Under the pieces are notes generated by a model. It had not been told where the DNA came from. It saw only the letters and a program-made list of their open reading frames with translations, and did no database searches. Below are positions 9,918-20,061 of a DNA stretch of 64,000 nucleotides, in pieces (the stretch's first letter is position 1; the number at the start of each line of letters is the position of its first letter). A program made the position numbers and the translations under genes. The DNA comes from Candidatus Nanohaloarchaea archaeon. Its GTDB lineage: Archaea > Nanohalarchaeota > Nanosalinia > Nanosalinales > Nanosalinaceae. Where the stretch lies: the NCBI GenBank assembly GCA_013343275.1, contig CP046106.1:448001-512000 (forward strand), given 5' to 3'.

Positions 9918-10502
9918 ATGGCCATACTCTCCGACAAGGACATCAAAAAACTGATCAAAGAGGAAAACGCTGTATACGTGAAAAAAGGGCCTGAACTCGA
10001 CAACGAACTTCAGGTAGGGCCTTCTTCAATCGATCTCCGGCTCGGATACGACTTCACCTTCCCCGAGACACGGAAAATGAAAGCTCTAGATACTAAAGAC
10101 ATGGATAGCTTTTCACGCAAACAGAAGGAGATGAAGGCCTCTGCGGAAGAAGGGGTTGTAATTCATCCCGGAGAGTTTGTTCTTGGAACAACACTGGAAA
10201 CTGTTAATATACCTGATAACATGGTTGCAAGGATTGAAGGCCGTTCCTCGTACGCTCGTCTAGGCCTTATTCCTCACGCGGCGGGAGGTTTCGTTGACGC
10301 AGGTTTTGAGGGCCAGATCACGCTGGAGATTCAGAACCTTGGTAACGTGCCGATAACGATCTACCCCGAGGACCGTATCTGCCAGATGGCGATTGAGACT
10401 ATGACTTCTGAGGCCGAGAAACCTTACGGTGAGAAAAAGGATTCGAAGTACATGAATCAGGAAGGTGCTACCGAGGCCCGACTTGATAAGGAGAAAAGGT
10501 AG
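9918..10502 (+). CDS. dcd: dCTP deaminase
   Basis: PSSIDLRLG, EGRSSYARLG, VDAGFEGQITLE motifs. Confidence 0.95.
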   Translation: MAILSDKDIKKLIKEENAVYVKKGPELDNELQVGPSSIDLRLGYDFTFPETRKMKALDTKDMDSFSRKQKEMKASAEEGVVIHPGEFVLGTTLETVNIPDNMVARIEGRSSYARLGLIPHAAGGFVDAGFEGQITLEIQNLGNVPITIYPEDRICQMAIETMTSEAEKPYGEKKDSKYMNQEGATEARLDKEKR

Positions 10503-10543
10503 ATTTTAAGAAGAAAAAGTTGGGATGTGTCTGTGGTGGAACG

Positions 10544-10657
10544 TCAGAGGCATTCCTCATGGCATACGCCGTTTTCCTGCCTCTCCATGTCCTGATCGCT
10601 GTGTACAGCGTTACCACAGACTAGGCAAAAGCCTATCTGTTTTACAAGTTCTGGCAA
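10544..10657 (-). CDS. Small zinc-finger protein (CxxC...CHxxC), 37 aa, TTG start
   Basis: Read by hand: MPELVKQIGFCLVCGNAVHSDQDMERQENGVCHEECL*. GGGGGAGG SD; paralog at 49218. Confidence 0.75.
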   Translation of the reverse strand: MPELVKQIGFCLVCGNAVHSDQDMERQENGVCHEECL

Positions 10658-10775
10658 AAATTCCCTCCCCCGATGTAAAAATCATGTAGGAAGAATTATA
10701 ATTTCGATTGTAGCTGACACCAAACGTTCAGGAGATCAACCAGAGTTAAAAATTTCTCAAGGCCTTCTTACCTGT

Positions 10776-11522
10776 ATGAAACCTGTTGATGCACACTGCC
10801 ACATAGATTTCGACCAGTACAGCGAGGACCGTGAAGAAGTAATCCAGAGATCGAGAGAAAGACTGGAGTTTATCGTTAACGCTGGTAGCTGCCTGGAAAA
10901 CAACAGGAAGGCCTTACAGCTTCAGGAAGAATATCCAGACTTTGTGATAGCTAATCTAGGTCTGCATCCCACCTACACCGACAAGTTCGACCAGCTTGAG
11001 GAGGTAAAAGAGCAGATTAGAGAGGAAGATCCTGCTGCAGTCGGTGAGATAGGTCTAGACCATCATCATGTAGACAGCCCGGAGATGCGAGATCGGCAGG
11101 AAGAGGTTTTCAGACAGATGCTCTCCCTGGCCGAAGAGCTAGATAAGCCTGTTGTAGTCCATTCAAGGGATGCAGAGGAGAAGTGCGTGGATATACTGTC
11201 AGAGTACGATCTTGAGGGCGTTATGCTCCACTGCTTTAACGGCAGTCCTGAACTTGCCGGGAAAGCAGCTGACAGAGGATACTTTATCGGAGTTACCACA
11301 CAGGTTCTCTACTCGAACCGTGTTAAAGAAATTGTAGAGTCTTTAAGCATTGAGGACATGTTGTTAGAGACTGATTCTCCTTTCCTCTACCGTGGAGAAA
11401 GGAACGAGCCGTTAAACGTTATAGAGAGCGCCGAGAAGATTGGAGAGTTGAAAGAAGCGGATAAGGCACAGGTTGTGGAAAAGACTTCTGCCAACGCTGT
11501 CGAGTTATTCAGAGATGGCTAA
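10776..11522 (+). CDS. tatD: TatD family DNase
   Basis: DAHCH, GLHP, VGEIGLD, HSR, HCF, ETDSP motifs. Confidence 0.95.
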   Translation: MKPVDAHCHIDFDQYSEDREEVIQRSRERLEFIVNAGSCLENNRKALQLQEEYPDFVIANLGLHPTYTDKFDQLEEVKEQIREEDPAAVGEIGLDHHHVDSPEMRDRQEEVFRQMLSLAEELDKPVVVHSRDAEEKCVDILSEYDLEGVMLHCFNGSPELAGKAADRGYFIGVTTQVLYSNRVKEIVESLSIEDMLLETDSPFLYRGERNEPLNVIESAEKIGELKEADKAQVVEKTSANAVELFRDG

Positions 11523-11567
11523 GCCATTAAATGTTTCCTAAATAATCCTTAATCAAGTGAATTCAAA

Positions 11568-12032
11568 ATGGTTTTCAACAAGATCAAAGACACTGTCAGC
11601 AGAGGAGAAAACATTGCAGTTTTCGTGGACGGCCCTAACGTCGTCAGAAAGGAATTTGACCTGGATCTTGACGAACTGAGAGAGGAAATAGAGGAAGAAG
11701 GCAACATAAAGATCGCGAAAGTATTCTTGAACCAGTATGCATCCGACAAACTTATCGAAGCTATTGTTTCACAGGGTTTCGAAGCTGCACTTGGCCTTGG
11801 AGGAGAAAAGGCCAAGGAGAGCGACGTAGATGTATACATGGCAGTCAACGCGATGGAATCAGTGTTTGATGATAATATAGACAAGATTGTGCTTGTTACA
11901 AGGGATACAGACTTCCTTCCTGTTATACAGAAGGCCAAAGAGCATGGTAAGGAGACGATACTGATCGGAATGGAGCCAGGGTTCTCAACTGCACTGAAGA
12001 ATGCCGCAGACAAAGTAATAGAACTTGACTAG
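11568..12032 (+). CDS. NYN domain protein (LabA/DUF88, TIGR00288-like)
   Basis: FVDGPN, DVDV, TRDTDFLP, ALKNAAD motifs. Confidence 0.9.
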   Translation: MVFNKIKDTVSRGENIAVFVDGPNVVRKEFDLDLDELREEIEEEGNIKIAKVFLNQYASDKLIEAIVSQGFEAALGLGGEKAKESDVDVYMAVNAMESVFDDNIDKIVLVTRDTDFLPVIQKAKEHGKETILIGMEPGFSTALKNAADKVIELD

Positions 12033-12035
12033 AAA

Positions 12036-12362
12036 ATGGCGCCTATCCGCTTCGACATAATGGGGGCGCTGGATTTCATTTCCGGCATACTCCTTCTCTA
12101 CACAGTATCTCCTGTACCAGAAAGCGTGGCAATGATACACGCAGGATTCCTTATATTCAAAGGTGCTGGAAGCATGATTAACTCCGTAAGATTCCCCTTC
12201 TTCATATTCATACTCGGAGGTTTCGCAGACCTGATATCGGCATCAATACTTTTCTACGGAAAACCTCCCATCCTGATGGACCACAAGATCTGGATTTCAG
12301 GCCTCCTCTTCCTGAAAGGAGTCTGGAGCATGCTGGGCCTGATGTCAATTCAGTCCTCGTAA
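12036..12362 (+). CDS. Small membrane protein
   Basis: Hydrophobic 108 aa with an internal repeat (D.ISg.lL...KG). Confidence 0.75.
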   Translation: MAPIRFDIMGALDFISGILLLYTVSPVPESVAMIHAGFLIFKGAGSMINSVRFPFFIFILGGFADLISASILFYGKPPILMDHKIWISGLLFLKGVWSMLGLMSIQSS

Positions 12363-12508
12363 GTTCTCTTCAACTCTTCAATCATCCTGACCTTGACAGG
12401 GCTCTGCTCTTCCTCCTCAAAACGGTTCTTCAGCTCTTCCAAGGCCTCAACTTTTTTCTCATCAGAAAACTCGTCAAACTCGTCGGGGAGCTCGGACTCT
12501 ATATCCAT
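12350..12508 (-). CDS. Small acidic hypothetical protein (52 aa)
   Basis: Read by hand: MDIESELPDEFDEFSDEKKVEALEELKNRFEEEEQSPVKVRMIEELKRTYED*. Confidence 0.65.
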   Translation of the reverse strand: MDIESELPDEFDEFSDEKKVEALEELKNRFEEEEQSPVKVRMIEELKRTYED

Positions 12509-12540
12509 GAAAAGTACATTTTCTCCTAAAACTATTCAAT

Positions 12541-13293
12541 TTAACTGTTCAGAGAGTTGTTAATCCTCTTAAGCAGCTCGATAATCTGCTCGTTCTGAGA
12601 CTTCAACTCCTCGAAATCCCCCTGCGAATCAGCAACTGACTGAGAACTATCATCCGAGTGAAGGCCTGCATTCTCCATCTTTCTACGGGTATTGCTGCTT
12701 ACCTGAGGCTGGGAGCTACCACTCTGAGGCCTACCTGCCTGAGCATTCGGATTACCTCTCGACCTATTTCCCTGAGAACCTGAACCAGAACTATTTCCTG
12801 AAAGCGATCGGCCTCCAGAGTTACCTCTGCTATCCCCTCCCGAAAGGCTTCTACCAGAGCTACCTTGATTTCCAGTCCTTCCGCTCTGACCTCCGGACGG
12901 AGAGTCAAGTGAACGACCTGACTGACCTGAACCGGATGGCTGCTGTGATGGAGGGCCTTGCTGGCCGCCTCTACTGTTTCCCTGATTCTGGCCACTGTTC
13001 TGACCAAGGTTACCCTGCTGAGGGCCTGATTGAGGAGGGTTAGATGGTGAAGAACCATTGTTGCCGGGATTCTGCTGCGGGGAATTCCCTGGAGCAGCGT
13101 TTCCATTATTATTGTTATTTCCTGTTCTACCGCCGGAGGAGAATCCATCGCCTCCACCGTCTAGAGAACTATCTCCTGAATCTCCGAAACCGCCACCGAG
13201 GTCGGAATCATCGAAAGAAGATCCGCTGTTATCGTTGCTGCTGTCGGAGCTGTCCCCTCCAACTGCGTTCTTCACGTCGTCAAAAACTCCCAT
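12541..13293 (-). CDS. Low-complexity G/S/N/Q-rich disordered protein with C-terminal coiled coil
   Basis: Composition; N-terminal MGVFDDVKNAV; C-terminal ELKSQNEQIIELLKRIN. Confidence 0.75.
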   Translation of the reverse strand: MGVFDDVKNAVGGDSSDSSNDNSGSSFDDSDLGGGFGDSGDSSLDGGGDGFSSGGRTGNNNNNGNAAPGNSPQQNPGNNGSSPSNPPQSGPQQGNLGQNSGQNQGNSRGGQQGPPSQQPSGSGQSGRSLDSPSGGQSGRTGNQGSSGRSLSGGDSRGNSGGRSLSGNSSGSGSQGNRSRGNPNAQAGRPQSGSSQPQVSSNTRRKMENAGLHSDDSSQSVADSQGDFEELKSQNEQIIELLKRINNSLNS

Positions 13294-13344
13294 ACAACTT
13301 ATTGCGGTAATCCGGTTAAATAAACTTTTGAAAAAGAGGCCTAA

Positions 13345-15624
13345 CTATCTCCTTCCCTTGAACTTCCTGAAGCCGACCTCGCCAAGGAACACAACCAAGG
13401 CCAGTACCAGCAGGTAAGGCGTCAGAGAAGTCTTCCTGACAACTTTCTCGCTACTGAAACTTCTGAGATCACTCACAATCTTATCCTTCTTCCCTACAGA
13501 ATACACTTCTCCACCAGTCTTCCTGGCGATGCTATCAATCCTGCTATCATAACCTACTTCCTGCAGCTCAGGATTGTAATTATAGCTGTAAGGAACACCA
13601 TGGAAACTATGGAACCCAAGGCCTTCAGGATCAAGCCTGTCAGAGTAAGTACCACCCGCATCACGAGTCAAACCTTCAATACTGTACGAAGCCTCAACCT
13701 CAGGCCTCGACTCGCCTCTACGCGCCGAAGAAACAGAAACCCAGCGGCCTTCACGGCTTACATCGCCGACAGCCCAACTGAAGGTACGGATAACAGCAGA
13801 TGGGTCTTCTCTCATCAGCCCTGCCAGGTTCTTATTATCAGCTGAGAAGGCTGCAACCCTGCCAAGTCCGTAACGCCAGGTTGTCAAAACAGGATCGCCG
13901 TCCTGCGTAGCAAGCAGCAGATTACCGGAGGGCCTTACCTTTACAGAGTCCGTTCCAGTGACTCGGGAATTGGTATTAAGGCCTTCAGTAATGAAGTGCT
14001 GGTTGTTGATGCTCTGGACTGTTCCAACGCCGGAGTTTCCGCCTCCAGCCATTATGCTGAATCTGCCTCCTGATTTCAGGTATTCAAAAGATCTTATGTG
14101 TGTTCTGGAGGTTAGTTCGCTGAGGAAGGAAGTATCTGCCGCATCTCCTATCGTTACGAAGTAGAGAGGATGTTTGCTAGAGTCTAGACTTTCAGCAACT
14201 TCTTTCATCTTTGCTTTATCCTGTTCTGCGGTTATCTTGATGTTACTGTTTGTTGCCTTGGTGATGTCCTCGAACTTGCCGTCTGTTATCATTACGATAG
14301 CGGTTTCCCCTTCCTTTCTCTGAGCAAGTTCTTTGGCTCCCCTCAAACCGTAGGACTGTATGGCTCCTGCAGTACCTTCAAGAGATGCTATACGGGACAT
14401 CAATCTTTGACGGTCATTTTGGTACGTCAGGCCCAGGAAAGCAGGCTGACCAGGGTTACGGACTATCCTTGGATCATAACCTTCATTTCCAAGACCATAA
14501 TTCAGTATTGCAACCTTGGAGCTAGGATTATTTCTGCCAAGTATCTTGACGAAAGAACCAGCTACCGTCTCCGCAGTCTGTTCCCTGTCACTGAAGAGAC
14601 TGTAAGATGTATCTACAGCCAGAATTATTCGAGCACCCTTATTCTCATTGTCAGCTCCCGGAACTTTCCTCACTGGAAGAATGCTGTAAGGCATGTTGTA
14701 TTCTCCCGTGTAGACCAGGCCTTTACCTTTTGTTATGTACGGTATAAGCTCTTTTTCATTAAACTCTTGCTTGGCGAATACGGCATCGTAGCTGGAGAGA
14801 TCTTCTGGTACTTCGCTGACATGCTCTAGCTTGAAGTACTGCTGTAGATCGGATTGGAGGGGCGAGCTCTCTCCTATTACTAGTATCTTCGGTTTCTCAG
14901 TTACTTCTACTGTTTTGTAGTATGCATTGTTGGCGTTTTCCCTGTCGTTAGCCTTCAGCACTGCTTTTATCTTGTGATAGCCTTTTGATTCAAACTGTCT
15001 TGTAAAGCTCCAGTTTCCGCTAATCTCGCCTTCCTTGACTGTCTCCCCATCAACCATAACTTCTACAGAGACCGGGCTTTCTGCCGTGGAGCTGACCTTC
15101 ACAGTAAACCTGTTGTTTGCTCCTGGAACTGTTCTTGATGGGCCTCTTATAGTTACTGCGTGTTCTTCCTGCATTTCTGGTTTGATGAAGCTGACTGTTG
15201 CGTTCTTTTTCTGGGCCTCTTTTACTACCTGTGTGAGGTCTTCGTTGGTCTGGAGGTCGGACATTACGAGGTAGGCCTTGTTGGGCTCCAGGTTCCGGAG
15301 AATGTTGTTTTTGATCTCTGAGCTATTTCCGGATGCTATTATCTCGGTTTCTGTCTGTATATCTGAGAACTGTATGTTTTCCTGTTTCATGAACTGTGTG
15401 GAGCGCGAGTTATCTTTCAGCAGGTTGAGATGAGGGTTCTCCATTCTCTGCTGCGACATCTGTATCTGTGGGCCTGCAACTGCCAGAGCCAGCAAAAGTA
15501 TTACCGCAAAGCGGGTTGCTCCGAGGATCTTTGGATACTTGTCTGAGGCAGTATAGATTGTATAGAGGCCTGTAATGCTCAGCGCCACCAGTACTAGGGC
15601 CAGAGGTTGCTCGAATCCTATCAT
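13345..15624 (-). CDS. Membrane-anchored vWA-domain protein
   Basis: N-terminal TMs, DNSRS and DTSYS MIDAS-like motifs, MITDG, WRYGLGRV, C-terminal TM. Confidence 0.8.
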   Translation of the reverse strand: MIGFEQPLALVLVALSITGLYTIYTASDKYPKILGATRFAVILLLALAVAGPQIQMSQQRMENPHLNLLKDNSRSTQFMKQENIQFSDIQTETEIIASGNSSEIKNNILRNLEPNKAYLVMSDLQTNEDLTQVVKEAQKKNATVSFIKPEMQEEHAVTIRGPSRTVPGANNRFTVKVSSTAESPVSVEVMVDGETVKEGEISGNWSFTRQFESKGYHKIKAVLKANDRENANNAYYKTVEVTEKPKILVIGESSPLQSDLQQYFKLEHVSEVPEDLSSYDAVFAKQEFNEKELIPYITKGKGLVYTGEYNMPYSILPVRKVPGADNENKGARIILAVDTSYSLFSDREQTAETVAGSFVKILGRNNPSSKVAILNYGLGNEGYDPRIVRNPGQPAFLGLTYQNDRQRLMSRIASLEGTAGAIQSYGLRGAKELAQRKEGETAIVMITDGKFEDITKATNSNIKITAEQDKAKMKEVAESLDSSKHPLYFVTIGDAADTSFLSELTSRTHIRSFEYLKSGGRFSIMAGGGNSGVGTVQSINNQHFITEGLNTNSRVTGTDSVKVRPSGNLLLATQDGDPVLTTWRYGLGRVAAFSADNKNLAGLMREDPSAVIRTFSWAVGDVSREGRWVSVSSARRGESRPEVEASYSIEGLTRDAGGTYSDRLDPEGLGFHSFHGVPYSYNYNPELQEVGYDSRIDSIARKTGGEVYSVGKKDKIVSDLRSFSSEKVVRKTSLTPYLLVLALVVFLGEVGFRKFKGRR

Positions 15625-17315
15625 TCTATATCACCTATGTAGTAGAGGTATCCTGTCTCGATGAGCGCCAGCAGTAAAACTGCGAGGGCTGAAAGGTTCT
15701 GCACGCTTTTAGGCACGGTAGCAGTACCAGAGCTCTCCGAGATCGATTCTTTCTGTTCTGGCGAGGATTCGTCCTCGTTTAACAGGTTGGCTGCATATGT
15801 TTTTCCGTTTCTGTCGTAGAATCCTGTCTGGTTGAACTCTACGAGCTGTCCTGAAACTAGCTCTGTGCTTCCTGTCTGTACGTTCAGGTCTTCCGCAGTC
15901 TTGACTTCTGTGTACTTTTTCACGAGGTCTTTCCAGAATATAGGGTAGAGGAAGTTAGTGCGGAAGTCCTCATCCCGGATATTGTAGAATATGACGTCTC
16001 CCTGCCCATACTTGGTGTGAACGAGAGCCTCCGAAGGATCCGACAGCGAGTTACCGGTTGCTGTTGCATTGTAGACCTGTGTGCTGCCGATATTGATCTT
16101 TCTGGGCTTGTTGAATTCCACATCCATAGATTTCCGCTCCCCGATATCCTTGACAGGTAGAGATTCGAAGTACTGAGGCTGGAGGCCTGGAGAGGCAAAT
16201 ACCACTGCGGTAGCTCCGTCCTGCACATTCTGCTCTATTTTGTTTATACTTGTAGAAAGTGGGTTATCGGAAGTATCCTGATCGAAGCCTCCTATCACAT
16301 AGACATCGGAGTTCGGAACTGTGTCCAGATGAGGCGAGTAATACTCAGGATCTGTCGAGTTAATAATATCCAGAGCTGTAAACAGGTAGTTATTCTTTTC
16401 ATCGGAGATAAGCGCTGTTTGTAAGCTGTAATCTTCAGGCAGATAGATAAAGGCCTTGTTATCTGCCTTCATGCCATCAGTAGGTAGTTTGACAGTATTT
16501 TTACCTTTTTCCAGTTCAAGGTTTACTCTGCGGGCCTCTCCAGACTGTAGCTTCACAGTTTCTGAGGTTTCGTCAAGAGTTACCTGGATCTCCTGTGTTG
16601 TTTCTCTGTAGTTCTTGACTTCTATCCATCCCTTCTTCGGGCTTAGATCGACTATACCCCAGGAGTTAGAGCTGGCAAGATCCATAGCTTCTATATCCCT
16701 GTTTGCCGACATGCTCTGAATCAGCGAGTTAGTTTCTGAAGAGCTGAGTGTGTGGTCGGTATCTGTAGCAAGAACAAGCTGCCCTGTAAAGGTTTGAGCT
16801 GTTCGAAGACCCTGTATCATATCTGTTCCTGTCTGTTCCTGCTCTACACTTTTTATAGCATTTTTAGCAGCACTGGTCGAGCCCTGCTGTAGCAGTACCT
16901 CTACATCGTCGTTGACAAGTATAACAGTATTTTCTTTTCCAAGGTGATCGATAGCAAACTGTTTGGCCTCCTCTAGATTGCCCTGCATGCTTGCCGAGTT
17001 ATCTATAACTATGACAGCGCTGTCTGCAGTGGCCGGTGCGTTGATGAAAGGGTTTGCTGCGGCTGCCGCGATAGCTGCTACGAATAGTATGTGGAATATC
17101 AGCATTAGATTCCTGAGTACTGCGGACAATGCCTGCTGGACCTTGCCGTCTTTCCTGTCCTTCATGAAGAAGCGGATTGACGGCATCATTTTCTCGTCAG
17201 GTTTCGGCCGTACAAGGTAGAAAATTATCAATGGTACAAGCGCTGCAAGAGCCAGAGACCATGTCGGGTCCAGAAAGTAGTTACTGAGTGCCGAGTTACT
17301 TAGGGCGGAAAGCAT
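15621..17315 (-). CDS. BatA/vWA domain membrane protein
   Basis: BatA-like N-terminus (PLIIFYLVRPKP...PSIRF), IDNSASM MIDAS motif, C-terminal TM. Confidence 0.82.
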   Translation of the reverse strand: MLSALSNSALSNYFLDPTWSLALAALVPLIIFYLVRPKPDEKMMPSIRFFMKDRKDGKVQQALSAVLRNLMLIFHILFVAAIAAAAANPFINAPATADSAVIVIDNSASMQGNLEEAKQFAIDHLGKENTVILVNDDVEVLLQQGSTSAAKNAIKSVEQEQTGTDMIQGLRTAQTFTGQLVLATDTDHTLSSSETNSLIQSMSANRDIEAMDLASSNSWGIVDLSPKKGWIEVKNYRETTQEIQVTLDETSETVKLQSGEARRVNLELEKGKNTVKLPTDGMKADNKAFIYLPEDYSLQTALISDEKNNYLFTALDIINSTDPEYYSPHLDTVPNSDVYVIGGFDQDTSDNPLSTSINKIEQNVQDGATAVVFASPGLQPQYFESLPVKDIGERKSMDVEFNKPRKINIGSTQVYNATATGNSLSDPSEALVHTKYGQGDVIFYNIRDEDFRTNFLYPIFWKDLVKKYTEVKTAEDLNVQTGSTELVSGQLVEFNQTGFYDRNGKTYAANLLNEDESSPEQKESISESSGTATVPKSVQNLSALAVLLLALIETGYLYYIGDIE

Positions 17316-17350
17316 CTCTGTATTATTCTTCTATCTGAACATTTATACAA

Positions 17351-20038
17351 TCAGTCTTCAATCCTGTCCATCACTTGCTGGTGCATCTGCTGAAGCCTCT
17401 CCTTCCTGTCCTCCATCTTGATAACGTCGGTACTACCCTGCAACAGCAGGTTATGGCTGAAAGGAGAAGGCACGTCAGCCTCACGCAGACCATAAGTTAT
17501 TTCTCCCGAACCAAGGCCTTCAATAACCTCTTTCGCATGCTTGATATCCATTGCATCCTCCATTATCTCTCTATAGGTCTCCTTCACCATCGGGAAGTCC
17601 TCACCATACTCGTTTCGAATAGTTGAGAGCAGGAAATGGCCTTTCATCTGCTGCTGGCCCACAGTCTTCGAGTTGCCGGCGTAGTTCCTGAGAATCATCA
17701 GCGATCTGCCTGCGACGTGTCGGAACCTTCTCTTCATCAGCTCTGTCTTCTTCACGGCCTCCTTCAGTTCCTCCTCAGGATTGCATTCTGCGAGGTCTTC
17801 AAGCAGTTGATCGATATCTACAGGCCTTCTCGGCGTGACAAGTATGAATCCGTTGTCATCGATCACCATGCCGATGTTGGAGCCGAACTTCTTCTGCAGC
17901 ATGTTCGCCAGAATCCTCGCGATCGCATCATGCGCTCTCCGGCCGTAGATAGTCTGGAAGATCAGGTTCTGCCGGTTATCATCGTCAATATATTTCTCAA
18001 CAGTTATCTCTTCGTGGCTTGATACTTCTCCTGTGAACTGGTACTGTTCCTTGATGTAGCCGAAGATTGCGCGTGCCGTGTTCTCATCAAGGTAATAGTT
18101 GTGCATTATCCATTCAACGATATCATCGTCGCCTGCACCCATCTCCAGCTGCTGTGCTACCTGCTGACGGAACTTGCCAATTTTAAGGCCTAGATCATAG
18201 CTTAACGGCAGTCTCTCAGAGTACCAGGAAGGTACCGTCGGCGAACGGTTCGGCTTCGGATCGACGAATACCTTCATTCCCTTGGCATAGCTGAACTGAT
18301 ATGTTTTCCCGCCCAGAGTAAAAATATCGCCTTTCGTCAATCTATCAAGGAACTCCTCATCCAGCGAACCAACAAACTTACCTTCTCCACGAGTCTTTAC
18401 GTCGTACCCCGTCTCATCCGGTATCGTGCCGATGTTTGTCATGTAGATGACGCGTGTCATTTTTCCGGACCGGCCGAACCTGTTCTCCTCTCTGTCAACC
18501 CAGATCTTCCTGTAAACATTCTGATCCTCAAGCTCCTCGTACTCTCCGCCGAGATACTTCATAACAGCCTCAAAGTCCTCCCTGTCGAGGCCCTTGTAGC
18601 AGTAACTTTTTCTTATGACATTATATGCGTGATCGATGTCCCAGCGGTGATTGCAGGCCATTCCTACCATGTGCTGGCTGAGTACATCGAGGGCCTGTGT
18701 CGGTATCTGTATCTTATCGAGTTCGTCTTCCTTTGCGCACTTGGTAAGGACCGAACACTCCATTGCGTCGTCCCTGTCTGTTACTATCATTTTTCCTTTA
18801 GCCTTTTCCCCTATTTTGTGGCCTGATCGGCCTATTCTCTGGATACCTCGTGCTACTCCTTTCGGTGATCCAAGCTGGAGTACGAGATCGACTGTTCCGA
18901 TATCGACACCGAGTTCGAGACTGGTCGAGGTTACTGCGACCTTCATCTCCCCTTTCTTCAACTTCTCCTCTACATCCAGACGTACTTCTCGGGACATACT
19001 GGAGTGGTGGGCTCCGATGTTCTCGTCGTAGTGATCTTCAAACCGGCCTTTGAGCCCGTTGACTATGCGTTCCGTTGCGGATCGAGTATTGGTGAATATT
19101 ATAGTTGTTTCGTGGTCCTGGATCAGGTTATGGAGTTTATCGTACAGCGCTTCCTGTATCTCGTCCGGCGGTGTATGGATAAGGTCCTCTACTGGGGAGA
19201 CTGTTTCCAGATCGATCTCCTTGGAGGCCGCTACATCCACAATCGTACATCCTCTCGACTCGTACTCCTCATCCGAGACCGCTTCAGCAGTCTCGATGTC
19301 TTCGTACTCGGTCTCCTCTACTTCGATATCTTCCTCGGCCTCGTATCCTACAAGGAACTTCGCGATCTCATCAATAGGGGCCTGTGTCGCTGAAAGGCCT
19401 ATCCTAGTCGGAGAAGTGTTCGCCATGTCTTCCAGTCTCTCCATCGACATAGATAGGTGTACTCCTCGCTTGTTCTCGCTCAGAGAGTGGATTTCATCAG
19501 TAATCATGTACTCTACATCGCGCAGGTGCTCCTTGAACTTCGGAGAGTTAATCAGTATACCCAGGCTTTCCGGAGTAGTAATCAGGATATGTGGCGGAGT
19601 ATCCAGCATCTTGGATTTCTCTGCATCAGTTGTATCGCCAGTCCTTACCGCGGATCGTACCTCCGGAACTTCACGGCCATTTTCCTCCGCTGTCTTCTTG
19701 ATCTCAGCCAGCGGATCCTGAAGATTCCTCTGTATATCATTGTTCAGGGCCTTCAACGGAGAGACATAGATCGCATAGACCTTGTCCTCCAGTTCTCCTT
19801 CATCCCCTTTCCTGTACAGATCGTTAAGTATAGATAGAAAAGCGGAGAGAGTCTTTCCTGATCCCGTTGGCGCACAGATCAGAGAGTTCTCATGGCTATT
19901 GATCAGGTCGAAAGAATAGCGCTGCGGTGCTGAGAGACCTGGAAACTTGTCGTTGAACCATTCCTTGACGTACGGCTCGAAGTCATCAGGGAGTGTTTCC
20001 GAGGCCTGTTCTTCATCTGCGAATTTTATCTTGCTCAT
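17351..20038 (-). CDS. lhr: ATP-dependent helicase Lhr
   Basis: APTGSGKT, SPLKALNND, TTPES, DEIH, SAT, QRIGRSGH motifs. Confidence 0.95.
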   Translation of the reverse strand: MSKIKFADEEQASETLPDDFEPYVKEWFNDKFPGLSAPQRYSFDLINSHENSLICAPTGSGKTLSAFLSILNDLYRKGDEGELEDKVYAIYVSPLKALNNDIQRNLQDPLAEIKKTAEENGREVPEVRSAVRTGDTTDAEKSKMLDTPPHILITTPESLGILINSPKFKEHLRDVEYMITDEIHSLSENKRGVHLSMSMERLEDMANTSPTRIGLSATQAPIDEIAKFLVGYEAEEDIEVEETEYEDIETAEAVSDEEYESRGCTIVDVAASKEIDLETVSPVEDLIHTPPDEIQEALYDKLHNLIQDHETTIIFTNTRSATERIVNGLKGRFEDHYDENIGAHHSSMSREVRLDVEEKLKKGEMKVAVTSTSLELGVDIGTVDLVLQLGSPKGVARGIQRIGRSGHKIGEKAKGKMIVTDRDDAMECSVLTKCAKEDELDKIQIPTQALDVLSQHMVGMACNHRWDIDHAYNVIRKSYCYKGLDREDFEAVMKYLGGEYEELEDQNVYRKIWVDREENRFGRSGKMTRVIYMTNIGTIPDETGYDVKTRGEGKFVGSLDEEFLDRLTKGDIFTLGGKTYQFSYAKGMKVFVDPKPNRSPTVPSWYSERLPLSYDLGLKIGKFRQQVAQQLEMGAGDDDIVEWIMHNYYLDENTARAIFGYIKEQYQFTGEVSSHEEITVEKYIDDDNRQNLIFQTIYGRRAHDAIARILANMLQKKFGSNIGMVIDDNGFILVTPRRPVDIDQLLEDLAECNPEEELKEAVKKTELMKRRFRHVAGRSLMILRNYAGNSKTVGQQQMKGHFLLSTIRNEYGEDFPMVKETYREIMEDAMDIKHAKEVIEGLGSGEITYGLREADVPSPFSHNLLLQGSTDVIKMEDRKERLQQMHQQVMDRIED

Positions 20039-20061
20039 GGCCCTGAAGTAAAGTGCAAGAT

